Assembly (NCBI GenBank): GCA_964016885.1
Contig: OZ024744.1
Span: forward strand, 46,500,001-46,564,000
Length of the DNA stretch: 64,000 bases
Source of the DNA: Eledone cirrhosa
Lineage: Eukaryota
Reading direction: 5' to 3'
The notes beneath the pieces were generated by a model. It saw nothing but the letters and a program-made list of their open reading frames with translations. It made no database searches and was not told the DNA's origin. Made by a program: the position numbers and the translations under genes. Shown piece after piece: positions 10,897 through 23,208 of this stretch. The stretch's first letter is position 1. Every line of letters begins with the position of its first letter.

Positions 10897-13631
10897 CATC
10901 ATCATCCTCATCATCATCGTTTAACGTCCGTGTTCCATGCTTGCATGGGTTTGGACGGAGGGTTTTCCCACTTGAGGCAAGAGTGGTCATCTTGCTCGCA
11001 TAGGACTGGTTTTCTACAGATGGATGCCCTTCCATCACCAACTACATTTACAGTGTGGGTCTGGGAGGTTTTTACTGTGTTGCCTACACGGCCACATTAC
11101 AGCGTAAACTGTGTTTTTTTGACGTGACACCTACACGATCTCATTTGTTTCGGCCTGGATGTTGTGGCACCAACATAACTTTACATTGAAAGGGGCGGTG
11201 TGGATGGAGTGGGGGTGGTGGGACGGGGTGTATTTTGTTAGAGATGCCTACTGACTGTAGTAGGTTTTACTTTGTATTTAGGTAAGGCGGGTCTTCTCTA
11301 TTACTGAGTACCGCCAACGGTCTCGGTCCAGTGACATTGTCTTGGTGAGGTGTAAGTGTGTGAGGTCGGAATTTATCAGCTCGTCCCAGGTTTTTCTGGG
11401 TCTGCCTATTCCGTGGCTACCGTCTATCTTTATTGCCCTGCTCTTTGTTATACAGCTATCGTCCTTCATGCACATCATGTAACCATACCAACGTAGCCTT
11501 CTCTCGAGTAAACAACATCTGATCCCTCTTATTTCTAATTTTTTTTTTTCCTTAGTTCGTTTATGCTTTGCCGTTCACGTATATTACTATTACACATCCA
11601 GCGGAGCATGCAAGCTTCGTTTCTCTCTAGTCTGCGAAAATCCTCTGCACACAATGCCCAGGTCTCACTGCCGTGCAACATTGCTGTTCGTATGCAGGCA
11701 TCATACAACCTGCCTTTCATTTTTAGGGAGAACCCTTTAGCGGCTAATAGTGGTATAAACTCTCTGAACTTTTTCCATCCAGTTCTGACTCTAGCTACTG
11801 TACTTTCAGAGCATCCTCCCCCACTGCTGATTTTGTCACCCAGGTAATGGAAGCTCTCCACTATTTCTATAGAACCCTCTGCGAAATTGAAAGAGCTAGT
11901 ATTCTATGGGCACTTGCTGCTACATAATGCACCAGAGCACCGGCCACATGTAAAATCTATGTTCTTAGTTAGCTTACCTGTGATCCCACTACATCCTTTA
12001 TGCACCGATACTTTTCATTTGGGACACAAAATGGAGTTTCTACCTACGCCTTTCCTACACACTGAGCATGGCCACTTCTTGGAAGGGACCGCTGCCTTAT
12101 TTTTTTTTCTACAAACTAGAACTTTTGTCTTAGCCAGGTTAATTTTAAGGACTTTTGATTCTAGGCCGTGCTTCCATGTTTAGAATTTCTTCTCTAGCTC
12201 GGCCATTGTTTCAGCTATGAGCGTTAGATCATCTGCGTATAGGAGTTCCCATGGGCAGCCGGTCTTGAACTCCACTGTTATAGCCTGGAGGGCAATAATA
12301 AATAGTAGGGGGCTAAGAACAGAGCCCTGATGAACACCAACTTTTACACTAATCTCTTCACTATATTCGTTGTTAATTTTAACCTTGCTGACTTTTTCTT
12401 TATACATGGCTTGTATAGCTCTCACAGGTCATTTCTCAACACCTAGTTTTCTAAGAGCCCACCAGATAATGTAACGGGGGACTCTGTCGAAGGCTGTCTC
12501 CAAGTTGACGAAAGCTAAGTATAGGGGTTTACTTTTAGCTAGGTACTTCTCCTGTAGTTGTCGTACAATGAAAAGAGCGTCTGTGGTACTTTTTCTTGAC
12601 ACAAACCCGAACTGCATTTCATCTAGATCAATTCGCTCTCTGATTAGTTGCGCTATTACTTTTCCGTGACCTTCATGACCTGGTCGATTAATTTAATGCC
12701 TCTATAGTTACTCCTATCTAGGGCATCTCCTTTACCCTTATAACAGGTAACGATGATGCTGCTACGCCAGTCCTTCAGAACAGCCCCATTCTGTATGACT
12801 TGGTTTACTATCCGGGTGACCATGGTGTGTCCCACCGTACCAGATGCCTTCAGCTTCTCGGCAACTATTTCCGAAGGCCCAGCCGCCTTACCCGTCTTCA
12901 TATCTTTGATTGCCTTACTTATTATACTACCTTCGACTAACACTGCTGGTCCCTCTATTGGGTCGATGTGGGGGAGACTGTCTTTCTCCCATTTATTCTC
13001 CTCATTTAGTAGCCTTTCATAGTGACACTTCCAAGCTACCTTCTTATCAGCGTCGGTGATGGCAAGTACGCCGTCATCATTAAGTACACACTTCTCTCCG
13101 ACAATATCACTGTTTTCCTTGACACATTGCCTAGCAATCCTGAACACCTCACGTTTTTGGTCCTCGCGTTGTAGAACATGCTTGAACTTTCTTTCCTCTG
13201 CTTCCCTTCTTGCGAAGTACACTTGTCTCCTAGCTTCCCTCCTGGCCACTTGATAGTCTTCTCTACTTCCCCCATCCCGCCATACTTTCCAAGCCTGCTT
13301 TTTGGCCTTGCTTGACTCCTCCACCTTACTATTCCACCACCAAGTTACTCTCCTCCTGCCAACAAGCCTGCTCCAGCCACAGACTTCATCTGTCGCCATC
13401 AGCAGGTTTGCTTTCAGAAATTCCCACTGTCCCTCTATATTGTCCGACTCTAAATGCTCTTCCTTACTGTCGAAAGCATCAAGTAATATGCTTTGAAATT
13501 TATTTTTGGCTGTGGGGTCCTTTAGCTTTCATATTTTTCTCCTGAGGATAGTCCTCTTCTGTTGTCTAGTACGTCTCGTCCTGACTATTAGGTCGCTAAT
13601 TATCAGTCTATGTTGGGAGGTGCATTCTTCA
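10897..13631 (-). mobile_element. RTE-A LINE, 5'-truncated, frameshifted
   Basis: ORF pieces 11278-13399 match 6552-8357; (CAT)n tail at left. Confidence 0.93.
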
Positions 13632-13798
13632 TATATATATATATTCCGGTGACAGAGGGAGTTTGGTCCATTTATGTTTGGACCTGGTGTATATATGTAT
13701 ATATCAGAGATAATGAATCTAATAACTGTTTCCTGTATTTTTAAATTTATTTGTATATATACATGTAGGTTTACTATGATTTTGTTTATATATTCTAG

Positions 13799-13858
13799 GT
13801 GACCATCTTACAATGTCGCCTCCCAATGCTTCAATGGAGCCAAAATCAACTAAAAAGG
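13799..13858 (+). CDS. 60-nt repeat exon DHLTMSPPNASMEPKSTKK
   Basis: tag|...|gtaagt. Confidence 0.6.
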
Positions 13859-13931
13859 GTAAGTTAAAATTTGAACATCATCTAATAAGCTATTCAGTAA
13901 TTTATCCTTTCTCTATATATATATAAATATA

Positions 13932-13965
<34 letters not shown>

Positions 13966-14117
13966 AGGGACAGAGGAAGTTTGGTCCAGTTGTGTTTGGA
14001 CCTGGTGTATATATGTATATATCAGAGATAATGAATCTAATAACTGTTTCCCTGTATTTGTAATGTTATTTGTATATATACATCTAGGTTTACTATGATT
14101 TTGTTTATATATTCTAG

Positions 14118-14177
14118 CTGACCATATTACAGTGTCCCCTCGCATTGCTTCAATGGAGCCACGATCAACTGAAAAGG
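14118..14177 (+). CDS. 60-nt repeat exon DHITVSPRIASMEPRSTEK
   Basis: tag|ctgac...|gtgagt. Confidence 0.6.
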
Positions 14178-14427
14178 GTGAGTTATGATTTGAAAATCAT
14201 CTATTAAGTTATTCAGTAATTTATACTTTCACTCTCTATATAAATATATGTATATATATATATATATACATATTCGGGGGACAGAGGGAGTTTGGTCCAC
14301 TTGTATTTGGACCTGGTGTATATATGTATATATCAGAGATAAATAATCTAATAACTGTTTCCTGTATTTGTAATGTTATTTGTATATATACATGTAGGTT
14401 TACTATGATGTTGTTTATATATCCTAG

Positions 14428-14487
14428 GTGACCATCTTAGAGTGTCCCCTCGCAATGCTTCAATGGAGACAAAATCAACTAAAAAGA
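14428..14487 (+). CDS. 60-nt repeat exon DHLRVSPRNASMETKSTKK
   Basis: tag|...|gtaagt. Confidence 0.6.
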
Positions 14488-14564
14488 GTAAGTTATAATT
14501 TGAACATCATCTAATAAGTTATTCAGTAATTTATCCTTTCTCTCTATATATAAATATATGTATA

Positions 14565-14928
14565 TGGAGGCACATGGCTTAGTGGTTAGAGCATTGGCCT
14601 TGCAATTGAGAGGTTGTGAGTTAAATTCTCAGACCAGGTGATGTGTTGTTTCCTTGAGAAAGTCACTTCATGTCACATTGCTCCAGTTTACTCAGCTGTA
14701 GAAATGAGATGATAGAGACTGTGGTCTCTAGCATTCCACTGCAAAGTGGTCGTGGAGGTGCCACAACATAAAAGCACCCAGCACTCACTGTAAACGGGGT
14801 TGGTATTAGGAAGGGCATCCAGCTATAGAAATCAGGCCAGAATCAGTTCTTGTCCCACCCGTGCAAGCAGGGAAAAAGCGGACGTAAAATGAAATAATGA
14901 TGATAATGATGATGATGAAATGATGATA
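14565..14928 (+). mobile_element. CORE-type SINE
   Basis: Same family. Confidence 0.85.
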
Positions 14929-15108
14929 TACATATATATATATATATATATATCCCGGTGACAGAGGAAGTTTGGTCCTTTTATGTTTGGACCTGGTGTA
15001 TATATAATATATATCAGAGATAATGAATCTAATAACTGTTTCCTGTATTTTTAAGTTTAATTGTATATATACATGTAGGTTTACTATGAACTTGTTTATA
15101 TATTCTAG

Positions 15109-15168
15109 GTGACCATTTTATAGAGGCCCCTCCCAATGCTTCAATGGAGCCAAAATCAACTAAAACGG
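15109..15168 (+). CDS. 60-nt repeat exon DHFIEAPPNASMEPKSTKT
   Basis: tag|...|gtaagt. Confidence 0.6.
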
Positions 15169-15415
15169 GTAAGTTATAATTTGAACATCATCTAATAAGT
15201 TATTCAGTAATTTATCCTTTCTCTATATATATATATAAATATATGTATATATATATATATGCGAGGGACAGAAGGAGTTTGGTCCAGTTGTGTTTGCACC
15301 TGGTGTATATATGTATATATCAGAGATAATGAATCTAATAACTGTTTCCCTGTATTCGTAATGTTATTTGTATATATACATCTAGGTTTACTATGATTTT
15401 GATTATATATTCTAG

Positions 15416-15475
15416 GTGACAATATTACAGTGTCCCCTCGCATTGCTTCAATGGAGCCAAGATCAACTGAAAAGT
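15416..15475 (+). CDS. 60-nt repeat exon DNITVSPRIASMEPRSTEK
   Basis: tag|...|gtgagt. Confidence 0.6.
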
Positions 15476-15559
15476 GTGAGTTATAATTTGAACATCATCT
15501 AATAAGTTATTCAATAATATATCCTTTCTCTCTATATATAAATATATGTATATATAGAT

Positions 15560-16349
15560 ATAGAAATCACATGAATCAAAGTTCTGTACAAACCATTTAT
15601 TAGCTTACAATTATTTCGTCCAAACCGACGTTTGGAGACTTCGGAGCAATTTTTAAATGATTGTTTACATACAATACCTCTTTTACAACACACGAGACAT
15701 CCAGAAATATATGTATATATCGATGCACAGTGGGGTGATATCCAATATAATATTTTAGCATGGCAATTTACATTCAAAAATTAAAAATTAAAATCATTTT
15801 AAAAGAAAATTCAAACAAAATTAAAGTTAAAATACAACATCGGCAGTTTACGAAGATAATGCAAGAGGATAGTTTGAAGTAGTTAGTGTATGCAATAGTT
15901 ACACGTGGGGCATGCACGTGTGTCTTATTTATATTAGATTAATGTGCGGCAAGGTGTTATATGCAATGCAGGCACTTTAAGCGGGTAAACAAGAGTATTA
16001 TGGGGGTTGTACTGGTAAAGTATTTTTTATGTATGATAAAGAAGCTTGTGTACAGAGAAATATGAAAAATAAGAAGAAAAATAATGTTATGGTTTTCGTA
16101 TACACCACCATTTTCACAACCCAGGAAACATAATATATAGATTATATGTCCTTCACATAATTCACGATGATTCAGAACAGGAAGCTTGATGTATTAGGTT
16201 AGATTATTACAGCATGTTGTTCTTTAATCCAATTTTATAGAGCAATAAGGTAGTAATAAATTACTGTCTTTCACTGTTTACAGTTTAAAATATATATAAC
16301 TATAAAAAGTTTTAGTATAAACATAACCATAAATAGTATCCTTAATACT
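15560..16349. mobile_element. ~0.8-kb Penelope-derived non-autonomous insert, copy 1
   Basis: Flanked by (TA)n; degenerate hammerhead on - at 15602-15647; + strand relic LWFSYTPPFSQ resembles the PLE linker. Confidence 0.5.
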
Positions 16350-16527
16350 ATATATATATATATATATAGATATTCGGGGGACAGAGGGAGTTTGGTCCAC
16401 TTGAGTTTGGACCTGGTGTATATATGTATATATGAGAGATAATGAATATAATAACTGTTTCCTGTATTTGTAATGTTATTTGTATATATACATGTAGGTT
16501 TACTATGATTTTGTTTATATATTCTAG

Positions 16528-16587
16528 GTGACCATATTACAGTGTCCCCTCGCATTGCTTCAATACAGAAAATATCAACTGAAAAGG
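16528..16587 (+). CDS. 60-nt repeat exon DHITVSPRIASIQKISTEK
   Basis: tag|...|gtaagt. Confidence 0.6.
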
Positions 16588-16664
16588 GTAAGTTATAATT
16601 TGAACATCATCTAATAAGTTATTCTGTAGTTTATCCTTTCTCTATATATATAAATATATGTATA

Positions 16665-17001
16665 TGGAGGCACATGGCTTAGTGGTTAAAGCATTGGCCT
16701 TGCAATCGAAAGGTTGCGAGTTCAATTCTCAGACCGGGTGATGTGTTGCTAACTTGGACAAGTCACTTTATTTCACATTGCTCCTGTTTATTCAGCTGTA
16801 GAAATGAGATGATAGGGACTGCGATCCCTATCATTCCACTGGTGGTGCCACGGCATAAAAGCACTCAGCACTCACTCTAAATGGGGTTGGTGTTAAGAAG
16901 GTCATCCAGCTATAGAAATCCAGCCAGAATCAGTTCCCATCCCTCCCTTGCAAGCAGGCAAAAAGCGGACGGAAAATGAAACGATGATGATGATGAAATG
17001 A

Positions 17002-17005
<4 letters not shown>
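16665..17005 (+). mobile_element. CORE-type SINE
   Basis: Same family. Confidence 0.85.
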
Positions 17006-17045
<40 letters not shown>

Positions 17046-17197
17046 TGGTGACAGAGGGAGTTTGGTCCATTTATGTTTGGACCTGGTGTATATATGTATA
17101 TATCAGAGATAATTAATCTGATAACTGTTTCCTGTATTTCTAATGTTATGTGTATATATGTATGTAGGTTTACTATGATTTTGTTTATATATTCTAG

Positions 17198-17257
17198 GTG
17201 ACCATCTTACATTGTCCCCTCGCAATGCTTCAATGGAGTCAAAATCAACTAAAAAGG
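17198..17257 (+). CDS. 60-nt repeat exon DHLTLSPRNASMESKSTKK
   Basis: tag|...|gtaagt. Confidence 0.6.
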
Positions 17258-17318
17258 GTAAGTTATAATTTGAACATCATCTAATAAGTTATTCAGTAAT
17301 TTATCCTTTTTCTCTCTC

Positions 17319-17380
<62 letters not shown>

Positions 17381-19397
17381 GATAATAATGGAGCTGCGGT
17401 GCTGCAAATGGGTTACATATGAAAAAGTTTGTCCTCATCAGTGGCCATCCAACTGTCGTAGGCATTTCATCGCATTAAAGGCAATATACCTCAGGTTGGT
17501 GCGTGCAACAGCTAAAAAAATAGTCGTTGGGACACGTAAATAAAGGGGACGCTAGGGTAAACAAACAAAATGGTTTAAGCAGCAGAAATTGATGAAGAAG
17601 GAAACAAGTCCCAGATTCCTATGAATATAAATTCGGTGGAATCATGAACCAGAGAATAAAGACCATCAAACCTGGTTGAAATGTGAGCAAGGAAGGAATT
17701 TCGCACAGGTCTAACGGGAGGAAGAAGGGGTCTGGTCTGCGAATTCGGTAAACATAAGTTCTGTGAAGTCGCAGACGAGAGAGAGAGAAAAAAAATTCAT
17801 ACAGGCTTGGCCAAGTACCCGCGAGAAAAGGATTATGGACAGGTCAAACGGCAAGAAAGGGGAGGAGGAGAGGTAGTGAGCGAGTGAAAGGTGAGGAAGA
17901 GGCTAACAGAGAGAGAGACTGCTAGAAAGGGTAAAGACACAAAGAACGAAACAGACTGGTGGCAGCGGAGGAAAAAATATGTGTAAATATGATAATAATG
18001 GAGCTGCGGCGCTGCAAATGGGTTACATATGAAAAAGTTTGTCCTCATCAGTGGTCATCCAACCGTCGTAGGCATTTCGTCGCATTAAAGGCCATATACC
18101 TCAGGTTGGTGCGAGCAACGGCTAAAATAAAAATAAGTCGTTGGGACACGTAAATAAAGGGGACGCTAGGGTAAACAAACAAAATGGTTTAAGCAGCAGA
18201 AAGTGATGAAGAAGGAAACAAGTCCCAGATTTCTATGAATAAAAATTCGGTGGAATTGTGAACGAGAGAATAAAGACCATCAAACCTGGTTGAAATATGA
18301 GCAAGGAAGGAATTTCGCACAGGTCTAACGGGAGGAAGAAGGGGTCTGGTCTGCGAATTCGGTAAACATAAGTTCTGTGAAGTCGCAGACGAGAGAGAGA
18401 GAAAACAAATTCATACCGGCTTGGCCAAGTGCCCGCGAGAAAAGGATTACGGACAGGTCAAACGGGAAGAAAGGGGAGGAGGAGAGGTAGTGACAGAGAG
18501 TGAGTGAGTGAAAGGTGAGGAAGAGGCTAACAGAGAGAGAGACTGCTAGAAAGGGTAAAGACACAAAGAACAAAACAGACTGGAGGCAGTGGAGGAAAAA
18601 ATAAATGTGTAAATATGACAATAATGGAGCTGCGGCGCTGCAAATTGGTTACATATGAAAAAGTTTGTCCTCATCAGTGGTCATCCAACCGTCGTAGGCA
18701 CTTCGTCGCATTAAAGGTCATATACCTCAGGTTGGTGCGAGCAACGGCTAAAATAAAAATAAGTCGTTGGGACACGTAAATAAAGGGGACGCTAGGGTAA
18801 ACAAACAAAATGGTTTAAGCAGCAGAAAGTGACGAAGAAGGAAACAAGTCCCAGATTTCTATAAATATAAATTTGGTGGTATCGTGAACGAGAGAATAAA
18901 GACCATCAAACCTGTTTTAAATGTGAACAAGGAAGGAATTTCGCACAGGTCTAACGGGAGGAAGAAGGGGTCTGGTCTGCGAATTCGGTAAACATAAGTT
19001 CTGTGAAGTCGCAGACGAGAGAGAGAGAGAAAAAATTCATACCGGCTTGGCCAAGTGCCCGCGAGAAAAGGATTACGGACAGGTCAAACGGGAAGAAAGG
19101 GAAGGAGGAGAGGTAGTGACAGAGTGAGTGAGTGAAAGGTGAGGAAGAGGCTAACAGAGAGAGACACTGCTAGAAATGGTAAAGACACAAAGAACGAAAG
19201 AGACTGGTGGCAGTGGAGGAAAAAATATATGTGTAAATATGATAATAATGGAGCTGCGGCGCTGCAAATGGGTTACATATGAAAAAGTTTGTCCTCATCA
19301 GTGGCCATCCAACTGTCGTAGGCATTTCGTCGCATTAAAGGCCATATATCTCAGGTTGGTGCGAGCAACGGCTAAAACAAAAGTCGTTGGGACACGT
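17381..19397. repeat. Head-to-tail array of ~3.25 copies of a ~620-bp unit
   Basis: Unit starts at 17381, 17991, 18617 and 19241; flanked by (TA)n on both sides. Confidence 0.9.
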
Positions 19398-19578
19398 TAT
19401 ATATATATATATATATATATATATGCCAGGGACAGAGGAAGTTTGGTCCATTTGTGTTTGGACCTGGTATATATATGTATGTATCAGAGGTAACGAATTT
19501 AATAACTGTTTCTTGTATTTGTAATGTTATTTGTATATATACATTTAGGTTTACTATGATTTTGTTTATATATTCTAG

Positions 19579-19638
19579 GTGACCATATTATAGTGTCCCC
19601 TCGCATTGCTTCAATAGAGAAAATATCAACTGAAAAGA
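19579..19638 (+). CDS. 60-nt repeat exon DHIIVSPRIASIEKISTEK
   Basis: tag|...|gtaagt. Confidence 0.6.
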
Positions 19639-19695
19639 GTAAGTTATAATTTGAACATCATCTCATAATTTATTCAGTAATTTATCCTTTCTCTC

Positions 19696-19762
<67 letters not shown>

Positions 19763-19793
19763 AGATCAAAAGATGGTTAAAGGAGTTCCATGT

Positions 19794-19862
19794 ATTTTAT
19801 TATGCGCATTTCAAAAACAAACATCATCATGCAATAATATTTGTGTTTTCATCAGATAAAAC
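19794..19862 (-). ncRNA. Type I minimal hammerhead ribozyme in the Penelope pLTR
   Basis: Reverse complement of 24365-24433. Confidence 0.85.
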
Positions 19863-21036
19863 AGGAGAACATGATATGAAGGCTAAAAAACACTTGTGGA
19901 TGGTGCAGTTTTAAATCAACATATGAAAAGTGGTTTTAGATTGATGTGTGATATTGGAAAAAATATTTTATTTAGAGAGGGGGGGGTGGAAAGGATGAAA
20001 AAGTGGAGGAGATGAGAGTGAAGGTGGAGAGGGAGAGATGGGTGATAGAGAGAAAGAGATAGTTTTTATAACTGAGAGAAGATACATTGTTTTACATAGA
20101 GAGGTTGAAAACCGTTGGAAGATAATGTATAAATTAAAAGAATTTGAAAATTAACGAAGGGAAAAATATGTACGAGGAAAAAATATTTTATTTAGGGAGG
20201 GGGGGTGGAAAGGATGAAAAAAGGGGAGGAGATGAGAGTGAAGGTGGAGAGGGAGAGATGGGTGATAGAGAGAAAGAGATAGTTTTTATAACTGAGAAAA
20301 GATATATTGTTTTACATAGAGAGGTTGAGAACCGTTGGAAGATAATGTATAAATTAAAAGAATTTGAAAATTAACGAAGGGAAAAATATGTACGAGGAAA
20401 GAGAGGGAGTTTATGTATGAAGATAGAGAGAAAAAATAATAATTGCGGATGAATATTCTAACGTCAAAAAGGTGTATGTTGATAAGTATTGTGGCAATTT
20501 CAAAATTAACGAAGAGAAAAAATTATTAAGGTTTGTGTGTAGAAGGATTTGATAAAAATAATGTGAAGTTAAAGTTTGTATATTGAAGGAATTGATAATA
20601 TGTGCGAAGAAAGAGTTAATATGTATTAAAAAATTATTAAGGTTTGTGTATTAGATGATTTGAGAAAAATAATGTGAAGTTAAGGTTTTTATATTGAAGG
20701 AGTTGATAATATGTGCGAAGAAAGAGTTAATATGTATTAAGAATGAGTTCGTTGATGGGGAGAAAAAAATAATAAATTAAGGATGAAATTGAGATTAAAA
20801 AGTTTTATGATAGAGAGAAAAATAATAATTGCGGATGAATATTCTAACGTCAAAAAAACAAATGTATATGTTATGAAGGATTTTACAAGGTGAAGATAGA
20901 ATGAGGGTAATGAGTAAACAAGTATTATAGAGTGTATAGTGCCCTTTGAAGTAAGGTAGGAAGATGGGTATATTTTAAAGAGGTGTATGTATATGTGCCT
21001 TTGAGAAAAGATTCTAAATTGATAAAGAATTGAATA

Positions 21037-23208
21037 TTAGCTGTATACTTTGTGAAAAGTCCTATGGAATTTATGCAGGCAGATAGAAAACAAATCTGTA
21101 CGTCTATTTATTATAGAATCTCGATTAGAGATAATGGTAAATTTTTCATTTAGGCAGAGATTACAGATTTTTGATAGAGAGCTGTTCAAGTATGAGGATG
21201 CAGAAGAAACCTTCTTCCAAAAGATGGTATATTTAATGTTTTTGTCTTTCAAGGACCATATGAGTTCTGAGAGAGCCGTGTTGGTTCTTTTAAGTTTGTA
21301 TTTAAAAGATGAATGGTGATTATAGAGACGAGCTTTAAAAGAGGTGGAAGTGGAGCCAAAATAGGTGAAGGAATTGGTGCTAGTTATAACTTTACATTCA
21401 TAAATTAAGTTTTTATCAAGACAATGGTTGTTGAGAGGACATTTATTTTTAATGCGGCAGTTGCAATTAGAGAGATTATTAATGAGTGACCTAGTGTTAT
21501 CTATAGAAGGAATTGGATTGGAGAAGTTGTTTGCGATAGGAATAATAGGAATAATAGTTTCTTGATTTAGAGTTGGATTATGAACATTTAGCGAAGTTGT
21601 GTTTGACGTTGTATTTGGGTTTACAGAAGTTAGCCTAGGGTTTACAATGACGTCGGGAGTACTATTACTATTATTATGAAATTCAATGTTGGAAGGAAGA
21701 GATTTAGTATTTAGTATTTTATTGTTGTGTTTAGAGATGATTTTGGAAATATTGGAGGATGTAGAATAAGAAAATTTGATGGTGTGTTTGTTAAATATTT
21801 TACTATAGATATGTGAGGGAGGGAAGCATTTATTTAAGGCACTAAAAAATAATTTAGGAATATTGTTATTAATAGAGATGGAGAAAGGAGCATTATACCA
21901 GATTATGTTTTTGTATCTAGGTCTTTTATTAAAATTATTGGAATGATCATGATTAATTATTCTACTGTAAGTGTTTCTAGAATTTGTTTCTTTACTATAT
22001 TTGATTTTATCTGGATAGCCGGCTTTAGAAAGTGCGTTATTATAGTAATTGGCGTTAGCATCAAAGATGTTTTTATTAGAAGATATGTTAGATATTCTTT
22101 TTCCAATATTACTAACTATAGCATTCTTGATATTAGTAGGATGGTTAGATTTAAAATTAACATAATTTAGGTTCTCATTGTTTTTATGGTAAGGGTAATA
22201 TAGGCCAGTGTCAAGATTAAGAGATACATCCAAGAAATTAGCTAGTTTGATGCTGTTATCAAATTCAATTTTTAGGTTATGTTGGTTAAAGAGATTACGT
22301 ATATTGTTCTTAATAATATTAAGGTTAACTATATTGCAATTTAAGATAGTAAAGAGTCCATCGTCACGATAAATTCCACCGCGAAGTTGAGGAATTTTCC
22401 GACTCAAAGAGTTCAAAATAAAGATACCAATTAAATCAGTCAATTGGGATGAATCGGATGCTCCCATTGTGATGTCGAAGTTGTTAGAGGTATCGGCTCT
22501 GGTCCAATATTCGTTGTTGAACTCTAGGATGGTTTTGCGTGCGGTGAGGATGATGTGAAGTTCATCTGTGGTGATGTCAGAATATTTAAGTGCGAAAGAT
22601 AGAGCATTATTGAGAAGTGAAGGCGAAATGGAGGAATAGTAGCTGGCAATATCAAATTGAATAAATTTTAGTTTGTTTTTATTATCCAATTTGTTGAACC
22701 AGCCAATCACTTCAGAAGTACCAAACCATGAATTTAGGTTCAAAGAAGAGGAATTAGAACTAACCTGTGGGATAATTCTATCCAAGATGGCTTTACTAAC
22801 AACCCCCAGATCAGATTTAGAGGGGGCGATTAATCTAACAGGTAGTTCAGTGCGAAAATTGTTTTTGTGATCCTTGAGATTTATCCTCGGAGTTCTTGGG
22901 AGGAAAGGTTCGGTCTTTTTTTCAATGCCAAGTTTTGACATAATCTCAGAGGCTTCAAGGTTTATGTATTCTAAATTTTCATGGTTGGTTTTACGATACT
23001 TTTTCCTAAGTTCCTTTAGGATAAGGTTGTTATAATTATCCTTGGAAATACCATATAAGTTATTGGTTTTGTCAGAGTGGACTAAAACATTTTTTGAGGA
23101 ATTTAGGTTAGAAATTGTGTTCTTGAGATTTACAAGGTGCTCTTGTCCTTTGTAAGGGTATCTCTTGAATTTAAGATTTTTTATTATTTTAGTTAATTCT
23201 TCCTCCAA
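21037..23208 (-). CDS. PLE reverse transcriptase plus GIY-YIG endonuclease (5'-truncated, open)
   Basis: DKT, FDIASYY, ITMGASDS, YRDDG, CNCRIKNKC (CxCx5C), IYECKV..YFGST, CNLC. Confidence 0.92.
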   Translation of the reverse strand: MEEELTKIIKNLKFKRYPYKGQEHLVNLKNTISNLNSSKNVLVHSDKTNNLYGISKDNYNNLILKELRKKYRKTNHENLEYINLEASEIMSKLGIEKKTEPFLPRTPRINLKDHKNNFRTELPVRLIAPSKSDLGVVSKAILDRIIPQVSSNSSSLNLNSWFGTSEVIGWFNKLDNKNKLKFIQFDIASYYSSISPSLLNNALSFALKYSDITTDELHIILTARKTILEFNNEYWTRADTSNNFDITMGASDSSQLTDLIGIFILNSLSRKIPQLRGGIYRDDGLFTILNCNIVNLNIIKNNIRNLFNQHNLKIEFDNSIKLANFLDVSLNLDTGLYYPYHKNNENLNYVNFKSNHPTNIKNAIVSNIGKRISNISSNKNIFDANANYYNNALSKAGYPDKIKYSKETNSRNTYSRIINHDHSNNFNKRPRYKNIIWYNAPFSISINNNIPKLFFSALNKCFPPSHIYSKIFNKHTIKFSYSTSSNISKIISKHNNKILNTKSLPSNIEFHNNSNSTPDVIVNPRLTSVNPNTTSNTTSLNVHNPTLNQETIIPIIPIANNFSNPIPSIDNTRSLINNLSNCNCRIKNKCPLNNHCLDKNLIYECKVITSTNSFTYFGSTSTSFKARLYNHHSSFKYKLKRTNTALSELIWSLKDKNIKYTIFWKKVSSASSYLNSSLSKICNLCLNEKFTIISNRDSIINRRTDLFSICLHKFHRTFHKVYS

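Noticed and set aside
17960-18035. Twister-like string (GCGGAG..TAATGGAGC..GGGTTACA) in the 620-bp unit
   Set aside because: P2 does not pair and the AAGC of loop 4 is missing
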